This document shows positions 1 through 7,392 of a stretch of DNA of 7,392 bases, in pieces. The stretch comes from Amoeboaphelidium protococcarum X5 (taxonomy: Eukaryota; Fungi; Aphelidiomycota). A program made the translations under genes and the position numbers. A model generated the notes under the pieces. The model saw nothing but the letters and a program-made list of their open reading frames with translations. It was not told the DNA's origin and did not search any database. The stretch lies in NCBI GenBank assembly GCA_023515725.1, contig JALDTO010000271.1, forward strand, positions 1 through 7,392. The letters are read 5' to 3'. How positions within the stretch are numbered: position 1 is the first letter of the stretch; every line of letters begins with the position of its first letter.

Positions 1-1
1 T

Positions 2-3000
2 CAAATATTCTAGTTCCACAACATTGGCAGCATCAGTATCAGCAGGATTACTAGTGGAATCTACAGTAATCAATATCTCCGGCAACAATACTTTACCAAA
101 TACTGTTGGCATAAGTTAAAGAATGCACAGTATGTGATCAGTACAATGAGATTTTAGTGAAAATAATCCCTTAGTTTTCCCCACAATCACCCAGCGTTTA
201 GGATTTTAGATAATCTAATACTGTAACTTGATATCTGCTTATTACCGCGCATCTTTACCACCTTAAGATGTTTACAAGCACTCAATGACAATCTTCACTG
301 GCACTAATTATTAAGAGGTAAACTATTAATCACCAAAATCCCATCGATATTAAACTCGATACGGAGGTAATTACAGAGAAACTCTGAATGACATTTTAAA
401 CTAATTATCCTCAGTACCATCAAAGTCCAACGTTAAACCTTGGTCAGCAGAAGCGGATTGATATATAAATTTGAGACACGAGAGAAGTTGATCAATGAGA
501 TCAGAGGATGGGGCACCAGAATGGTAAGCCTGAGTCAAGTGCTTCTACAATACTTTATACTCAAATGAAGGAGCTCCCAACTGGCGATACATTCCATTCT
601 TCAACAACTGGTACGATATCGGAGAATCATCATTCTATTTTAAAAAGTGTGCCAATCTAAATGGATTATACAGAGCTGGATGCGACAATGGAAGTCGACG
701 GAATAGTGCTGCCTAATTACAAACCTATCTATCAAGCACATCCCTGCCAGTGAGAATCCCCGAGAGTATGTACAAAGTGAGAAATCTACCGTACTTCAGT
801 AATTATGGGAACATCTTCTTGATAGCAGAAGTAACCGTGTCAGAGAGACTGCGAACTATGACATCTTCTATATGAACACAGATGAATGACACTTGTGTTT
901 CACACTTTAAGCCATTTTCAGTTGTAACGATAAATTGATTGGAATAAGTCTAATGACTAAAGACAGTGATATCAGAGACAGAGTTTGACTTATCTACAGA
1001 TTTCCAATTATCAAAATCCACGGTAAAGTTTCTAATGTACATTGGATGCTCGGTCAGCGATTAAACCTGTACATTCAGTAAGACTTGATCTTTATATAGC
1101 AATTTACGAGTTACAATAACTTCTACAGGTTTTCTGAAATCCATAATCTCCTGGTGCTTAGTAGTGATCCCTCCAGCTTATAACAACATTGTCAGAATAT
1201 CAAAGCCTTACTCTGGCACTACGACAGAACATCGAATAACAACTCTTGTGTCTCGCTGGATCTATTATTTAACTGGCAATTTGCGCCCCTCTTAAAATAG
1301 CAATCCTGTACTTTAGTCATCTGCACCGACACTAACATAAGCCTTGGTAAACTCTAATGCAGAATCGGATTGTAATTGCAAATCAAAGCCGTCAGGCAAT
1401 TCACAATGATTAGAGTCAAGATGAATTACAATATTAAAACAGTCATCGCCGAGGTATTCAGGATAGCCTAAAATGTGAAGATCCTTCATCGAATGCCGTA
1501 TATTGACTAGCCGTTTCGGTTCATCCGGAAGTACCATCATTTTCACCAACTTTACACACTATCCAATAGAAATAACAACCTGACTAATACAATAAGTACC
1601 ACTGGGAACAATCTACGAGCACTTTAAATACACTCTGTTTAATCCAGGAGATAATACTATACCATCAGGTGAATCATCAGAGTTGTATATGATCTGCGAG
1701 TTAACTTTGCTGTACGCAACGACAGAGATCTCATCCACCTTGAACTATGGAAGTTGAGATTCGATGCTGATGCAAAGAGTCTTTCCGCAATCCAAAATCT
1801 AATTCTCAGCCTAACCGCTAACGTCAATATTAGGAACAAGAACCGCAGAGAATAACAAATCCAGATTGCATTCAATCATACTATTAGATGGCAATTCTAA
1901 AGCCAATTCATTTAATTTTTAGCAATATTACTCTAAATCAGACTCTTTCAATAAATCGCGACGTGATAATAGCAGAAGTAACACATTCACGGCATCATAC
2001 TAACGTTGCAACTTTACTAAACATCTAAATAGACAATCGAAAGCATTGATATCCATCATAGCCAGAGATTAAATAAACTACTTATTATTCAAATTCTTGC
2101 TTAACATGGTTTGTTGTTAATCAACTTCAGCCACCAATAGCAGACACTCCACTATGCCATCGGCACTCTCTTTATAAAGTCCTTTGTGAAACTGAGCAAG
2201 ACTCAGGTGGATACGCACAACTTTACTGGCTCCATTCATTCCACATTATCTAGTGTATTCTACGCATTACTAACATACTGTCATATAAGTATCATAGAAT
2301 TAATCAAAACCACTCAAACACTATTTAATAATCCCATAAGATAGATTTTAGTAGTCCACAGAGGATTGCTATTCAGTAAGCTTGAAGACTGAGCCTGAAT
2401 CCAAGCCGATTTTCCACACAGACCATGCAATAGCGTCTAGAATACTTTTTATATCCAGTAAACACTCAACTTTAAGTTCTTTAAATCTCTTTACTTCTGC
2501 AGGACTCCCATCCACCTTAATCTCACCAGTAGAATAACTAACTCCACTAAAAGTATGGTAACCTTAATCCATGAGACTAGAAATCAGATTAAGAACATCA
2601 TGAAAGGCAGAATACTTCCACGATTCGACAAAGTGAGGCCGTAGATTATCTTAATGTCTACGCAGCCGCCGACTCAGATGGATTATAAACAACTTACTCC
2701 GCAGCATAATCTCTATAAGTAAATTATACTGAATCTTCAAAGAGTCTTTCTGTTCGTTATGACGCAAAATCAAGTAAATCTATCTAGCAAACAGATAACT
2801 CCAAAAATCGAATATACTAATGCTGTTGCTTCTAATCAAGTCGTGATAGGATTTCTTGTCAAAGGCGAATATACTAGACGAATCATCCGTATGGTCACCA
2901 CCACCCACGTTAGCACTCCAAGTAATCAATTGTTAAGATTGACTACCATCCGTTATCTGCACTAACGTACTATCCATGGTTTGAATAAACAGATGATCCA

Positions 3001-3767
3001 ACTCTTGATATAGAAGCAGAGATTCATTGTACAGAGACAGAGCTTCGTAAACAGACGCCAATTACTCTTTGACTAAAAAGAAGTTCAAATAGTTAAAACC
3101 GGGCAAAGATCGAGACTGGTCCAACCTCTTAACATCCTCACTCAACTGATTGATTTTCAGGGAAGCCGCTTGAAGAGCAACATCAGTCAATCTGGTAATC
3201 ACCTCTTCAACGCCATCCTAATCTAGAGATACCACATTCCGACTCTTAAATTCACTCTTCAACTTGTCAACGACAGTACTGGAAGAGTTAAATGTCAGCA
3301 GGAGGAAACGGCGATTAGAATCTTGCAATTACTTACACTTGCTTTTCAACTACTTCAACTCCGCCTCGTCATTACACTTTATGACTAAAAGATACACGAG
3401 AGGAGGTGATTATACACTGACACTATTTGCAGAAATATTTCCACCAGCACTACTTATAGGAGTCGATGGTGCGATGGAAGGAAGAGGACTAGAAACACTT
3501 TACATGGATGACGAACTTCCTTACTAAACCAAGCCAGATGTTGCACCTGAACACTGAATAAAGTTAAAGTTGACACAGTTCAGAGTAACCTTGTCCAAGC
3601 CTTTGATTTAAGACTTCCACTCGATATTTCTGACTGGCAGAGCATTGCGTATTATTGGCTAAATGTCATCCCAAATTTTATAATCATCAAAATCTACATA
3701 GAAAGAATGATCACATAAAACTATAAGTATTCAAAGTAGTTTATATAACCTTACATTAAATATTCAT
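2..3767 (-). CDS. TRAPPC10: TRAPPII-specific subunit TRAPPC10/Trs130, 3' end beyond the window; join(3767..3755,3720..<2); translation table 6 (TAA/TAG=Gln)
   Basis: One minus frame runs from 3720 to 2 with no TGA but about 60 in-frame TAA/TAG (hand count). The translation has Trs130/TRAPPC10 motifs in the expected order: IWDDIQPIIRNALPVRNIEWKS; PPLVYLLVIKCND; QSRSLPGFNYLNFFLVKEQLASVYEALSLYNESLLLYQEL (~3110-3000); DLIRSNSISIFDFWSYLFARQIYL (~2845-2770); LSPGLNRVYL...SGTYCISQV (~1660-1580); and the C-terminal RWVIVGKTKG...LQLMPTVFGKVLLPEI (~195-70). The 1244 codons in the window are close to the usual family length. Supplied ORF 1313..1549 is a piece of this frame. Confidence 0.92.
3721..3754 (-). 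other. Predicted 34-nt spliceosomal (GT-AG) intron, phase 1, after a 13-nt first coding exon of TRAPPC10
   Basis: Minus strand reads ATG AAT ATT TAA T|gtaaggttatataaactactttgaatacttatag|TT TTA TGT GAT. The long frame is closed upstream by TGA (3733-3731) and has no ATG until 3505, which would remove the conserved LPVRNIEWKS block. Removing GTAAGG...ATAG puts ATG 3767 exactly in frame (MNIQFLCDHSF...). Confidence 0.75.
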
Positions 3768-4102
3768 GACAATGTGTATTAAAGTGAATGATAATCTAGT
3801 GTACGTACAATAATGATACGATGCAGTTTTGACGTGAACAAAAGAGAGAAACTGAAACGAATTGAATTCTCAACGCGCTCCTGCAACTGGAACGATTTTG
3901 CTGGATAAAATGTTACTCGAACTGTACTGGAAGATCTCCTTGATGCTAACAGTGCAGTGAGGTAATAACAAAGACACGCTGGCTTTCCAAAGACGGGCTA
4001 TTAGTAAGATTTTTGAAATTCCTCAAATAATCAACATGCAAAGGTGGAAATAAAACGTGTGCTCTATTCCGTTTTATGATTAATTTCATACTTCTGAGCA
4101 TT
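3768..4102. other. 335-bp intergenic spacer (3' UTR of the PLEKHH-like gene plus promoter/5' UTR of TRAPPC10)
   Basis: Lies between the TGA at 4105-4103 and the ATG at 3767. AT-rich near both ends. The ATG-initiated ORFs I checked (+3821, +3910) are very short even under table 6. Confidence 0.7.
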
Positions 4103-7021
4103 TCATAATTGAGGGAAACATCGATCTAGCAGAGTTTTAATATTTGCAGCATGTGCACCACAGTCAAGGGAGAGGATACGAGTCAATTTATCCTGCTTCA
4201 AAACAATCTTCAAGTACCTGTTCTCATATAAACAGTGACACGCAATGGTACTGTGATTAATCCGGTGAAGAACTTCATCTACACCATTCACCCTGGTAAG
4301 ACACACCATCTCCGAGGAGTTAATCAACAGTGATATTCTCTTATTGTTGATCTTTACAGAGAATTACTTGTACATTGCGTATTTCCAAGTCAGAACCTGA
4401 TTCAAATAGTCATCGACGCACTACTAAACTGTATGATCAGTAAATTTCATCCACTGCTGACTAAAATCGGCCAAAGGAGAATACTACACGTCGTTCCCAG
4501 ATTAAGCATCCGGTATAATAAATCTGCCTTATTAAAGTTGATTATCATGCACCTCAGGGCCTTTTTCATTAATCTTCCTGGATGTTGTCAGAAAGCGTTT
4601 AATCAACATGGTTCCTGATCGTTTACTAATACCAGACATTGTACGACTTCTGTTATGTCTTTTCAACAGCCAATCCGGCAACAGCTGGCACATGGCAGTA
4701 TTCACCTTTGACACGTCATACTGTCCATAGAGAGAAAAGGCCAATATAGCACTCAAATGCACCGCCTACGAGACACTCTGACGATCGAGACAATAATCTC
4801 CCATAACAAATTACTAATGGAATTGTGAAGCTAATAGTAACTTTTCAGATTATGTCAGAGCACCAAGAGCCTAATCATTGCCAGAACAGGACGGAATCCA
4901 ATTTATACTCAACGCCAAGATGAATTGAGAGCAGTCAGTAACATTCTGATCCATGTTTTTGAGAATCTTCTGCTCATGATTGTACAATAAATCTGCAACG
5001 TATTCATGCGGTTCCAACAGCCTATCGCTTTACTGAGGGAAAACCAGACCAAAAGAGACTTGCCCAGGTGAAGATTCATTTTCCAACTGCAAGTCTTCAC
5101 AAATCATATCAAGTAAAGTCTCACATGAGCACAAACTATCGACCGCGTATACTTTAACAATGTCCATTCTACATTTAACAGTGACCGCAATCTTCTTTGG
5201 CAAGTTCGATGTAATGAAACTCAGCACCTCAACTCTGCTAGGTGGACATTTTCTCTAATGGATTTAATGATACTGTTATACAGATTCTAGTACCTGCATG
5301 GATTTAGAGGCATATTGGTGTGCTATCAGACCAGTACTACTGCGATCCAAATGCCACTGCAAAATAGAGCGTATGAATTGGATTGTCAGACTTTCTATAC
5401 GAGTCAACTAGCATAAATGATCTTTAAAAAACGTGAAGCAGAGTAATAGTAACTGCCAACATTACAGCGTATATGAGCTCTCGGGATAAGGATGGTCAAT
5501 TGTTTATTTCAGCAATTACAATAGCAATTCCGTCTATAGTGATTAATGAGCCAGGCACGACTGAATCAATGCCTGAACCAAAGCACAGTGATATCCAACA
5601 GCATCATCAGTAATCACTATAGAAGAGAAGAGCAAAATGGCCTTATTAATACACAGCGCCTCATTGCGGAGATAATCAGAGCAAAGAGACGTCAGAGAAC
5701 TGCTGAGACGGCAGTTTTAATAAAAGAAATCATTCAACTTTAACCAGTCAGGCAGCGACTCGATCACAGTATCATTGTCGTGTTAGTGGAGCATGTACTG
5801 AATTGATTACTGCAGTGTAGATTGGCTGCCGAGAGTCGGAAAGCACAAATAGCCCAGGTGATCAATCCAACGTTCAAATTCTTTAGTACGCTTACATGTA
5901 AACCATATCTAATCTTGCCAACTCTGGGCATTGCTGCTACTCACAAGACAAAAGCTATAAATCTACCGGAAGTTATGGGACGCTGCAGAATGGTATAGGC
6001 TCTCCAAAGACTGTGCCTACTGGGCACCATCACCACAATGATGAGCTTCACAAACCAGATTCTACTTGCTAGATTCTACATGCAACTATTACTACTTATG
6101 ATCCACAACAATAGATAACAGCGGAGTCATAGACTTGTGGTTGTAATAAATTTACAGTTCCTCCCCATTAATGACAACATAACGCGTCTTGGCTACACCT
6201 TTCATAAAGACGCTGAGGTAGCCAGACATCTTCACGCCACTCAGACTGGCACCACGCAGCTGAATTACACGTAACAATTGACAATTTGTCATTGTAACAA
6301 ACAGATCTACATCAAGGGCGCAATCGAATTAGAATATATACGCTGATTACTTCCTCTTTACAACCACGCGCAATTACAAGTTCTCCACCTACAACATTTC
6401 TTGTATGTGCTTCAGAGCAATATAGAACTTCGGTTATGCATTTCTACTCTCCGATTAATGCTGATCTTTGAAAAAGAAGAGCACACCATCCTGAAGGACA
6501 CAGAACCGCTACTTGAAAAGGCCTAATGGCGAAGACGTGGACTTGACGCGTACTTCGATTCCAAAGTCTTGATGATCTTCGGAATTGCCCGACTATTTCT
6601 ACTTCTTCAATAGCGCCAACTGGTTGCCAACAGATTACGCGTTCACTACATTTTGTTTAAGGCTGTGCATTGATGATCGCGGAGTGGCGTTCAGAGACAA
6701 TGAGCGCGGTGTGACAGCAGCAACATAGCCACTATTTTACATCGCAGGTGACGACATTATCAAGGTATCAGAAGTAGCCATTGAGTTAGGTCCTTGTTGG
6801 CCAAACTAAGCGCGTTTCTCCATCAACAGGCGCGTAGCTTCCTTCAAACTATAATTATTCAGTAGACCTGGTGACATGTCGATAGGATTAAGGATCTACG
6901 TGGAGACTACCTCTACCTGCTACTCCTCAGCTATGCCCTTCAACGCGTCATGCAATCCTTGCAAGCTTTCCTCTAATTCACTTTATTGCGCAAAATGTTC
7001 AATAATTAAAGACTCCCGCAT
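4103..7021 (-). CDS. PLEKHH1/2: PLEKHH1/2 (MAX-1)-like protein: short coiled coil, Ser/Pro-rich linker, PH, PH, MyTH4, FERM; 972 aa; translation table 6
   Basis: One minus frame runs from ATG 7021 to TGA 4105-4103 (2919 nt) with no internal TGA and about 48 in-frame TAA/TAG. PH1 ~6565-6272 (FKQRFCVLQDGVLFFFKD). PH2 ~6235-5846 (KMSGYLSVFMKGVAKTRYVVINGEELQIYYNHKSMTPL...EFERWIDHL). MyTH4 ~5695-5225 (LTSLCSDYLRNEAL...DAVGYHCALVQALIQSCLAHQSLQTELLLQLLKQT...LQCWQLLLLC...RKCPPSRVEV), matching the PLEKHH-type YHxxLxQ..LQxE..QLxKQT..QCWQLL..PSRxEV pattern. FERM ~5195-4110 (QFVMGDY..AVHLSAIL..YG; CVDDYLNQVLTW). Supplied ORFs 4103..4327, 4532..4762 and 5030..5227 are all fragments of this frame. The start is the first ATG after the upstream TGA (~7046); an extra upstream exon cannot be excluded. 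Confidence 0.88.
5225..5695 (-). other. MyTH4 domain-coding segment with conserved Gln residues encoded by TAA/TAG
   Basis: CTA TAG ACG GAA TTG CTA TTG TAA TTG CTG AAA TAA ACA = L*TELLL*LLK*T aligns to the MyTH4 core LQxExxxQLxKQT. CTG TAA TGT TGG CAG = L*CWQ aligns to QCWQ. Confidence 0.88.
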
Positions 7022-7157
7022 ATCAGTCAAGTACTAGAAGTTTTTTCAATATAAAATTAAACTGAAGTTTAGAGGGAGATAGAGGCTTCGACAAACCCGG
7101 CGTTTTGATCGACGAGAGATTATAAGTTAAAGAAAAGCATAAAGTTGTAATGCAGCG

Positions 7158-7392
7158 ATGTAGTTAGTTCAACCAGGATAAAGGATAAATAATATCAACA
7201 ATGTCATATTTAAACTACCTACAGTAGAAGAATAAAGTATAGCGATACTGCAAATTCAGAGAGTTCATTTCGGTGTTCAACATAATGTCGAAAGTTCTCA
7301 GATAGAGATAGCAGTCGAAGGTGTTTAAAAACACCATTTTGCGTGTATACAAAACCAACACAGATAAGCAATCACTTGCTGGAAGTGTACTT
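7158..7392 (+). CDS. Possible 5' end of a divergently transcribed gene (hypothetical, partial); frame and start uncertain
   Basis: ATG 7158 opens MQLVQPGQRINNINNVIFKLPTVEEQSIAILQIQRVHFGVQHNVESSQIEIAVEGVQKH... with TAR=Gln, and this frame has many G-starting codons. However, the + strand has no TGA in any frame after ~7108, so the frame starting at ATG 7150/7201 (MSYLNYLQQK...) is also open. Confidence 0.35.

Noticed and set aside
2555-3409. 285-codon antisense ORF (+ strand, table 6) mirroring TRAPPC10
   Set aside because: It is in exact antisense register and only reflects a local absence of TCA Ser codons. With a single stop codon, long shadow ORFs are expected, and the translation is not recognisable.
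3721-3808. Alternative longer TRAPPC10 intron using the GTACGT donor at 3808
   Set aside because: The upstream frame it would join has no ATG before the next upstream TGA (~3870).
3720-4105. Read-through fusion of the two genes, whose long exons share the same frame register
   Set aside because: Several in-frame TGAs intervene (4103, ~4031, 3731). A shared register has a 1-in-3 chance.
4103-4363. No TAR codons in the last ~86 codons of the PLEKHH-like gene, suggesting position-dependent termination as in Condylostoma or Blastocrithidia
   Set aside because: Only two Gln codons occur in that stretch, too few to test. TRAPPC10 has TAR codons within its C-terminal domain.
1657-5743. Supplied ORFs 1657..1875(-), 2759..2965(+), 3264..3527(+), 4433..4618(+), 4909..5100(-) and 5546..5743(+) as genes
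   Set aside because: All lie inside the two long genes, in alternative or antisense frames, and show no recognisable motifs.
2-7021. Both long genes as decayed pseudogenes full of nonsense mutations
   Set aside because: There are over 100 TAA/TAG codons but no internal TGA and no frameshift in about 2200 codons, and TAR falls on conserved Gln columns. Random decay would not give this pattern.
2-7021. Recoded phage or bacterial sequence (table 15 TAG=Gln, or tables 4/25 TGA recoding)
   Set aside because: Both TAA and TAG are read through, TGA terminates, the proteins are eukaryote-specific, and a GT-AG intron is predicted.
7320-7335. Inverted repeat GGTGTTT-AA-AAACACC as a hairpin or terminator
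   Set aside because: A 6-7 bp stem is expected by chance, and intrinsic terminators do not apply in a eukaryotic nuclear context.
7023-7391. TGA-free minus-strand frame (STLPASDCLSVLVLY...KKLLVLD*) as the end of an upstream tandem gene
   Set aside because: The composition is skewed to Leu/Tyr/Phe with no recognisable motif. Its stop would lie 1 nt from the next ATG, and about 120 open codons is unremarkable with one stop codon. Not fully excluded.
1-7392. tRNA/rRNA genes, CRISPR arrays, tandem repeats or transposon ends
   Set aside because: None seen by eye. Almost all of the window is explained by protein-coding sequence.

Overview
Eukaryotic genomic DNA (about 38-40% GC, estimated by eye) that uses a non-standard nuclear genetic code. 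TAA and TAG are sense codons (Gln) and TGA is the only stop (NCBI table 6). The supplied standard-code ORF track therefore shows only fragments and shadows. Read with TAR=Gln, about 90% of the window is two long minus-strand genes. (1) A TRAPPII subunit, TRAPPC10/Trs130: join(3767..3755, 3720..<2), over 1244 aa, running off the left edge, with a predicted 34-nt first intron. (2) An apparently single-exon 972-aa PH-PH-MyTH4-FERM protein of the PLEKHH1/2 (MAX-1) type, 7021..4103, ending in TGA. A third, divergent gene may start near 7158 on the + strand. A fungal-style Trs130, an animal-style PLEKHH and TAR=Gln together suggest an early-branching opisthokont. The aphelid Amoeboaphelidium protococcarum, known to use this code, is the best candidate; that assignment is inference. 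All homology calls come from hand translation and remembered family motifs, not database searches.
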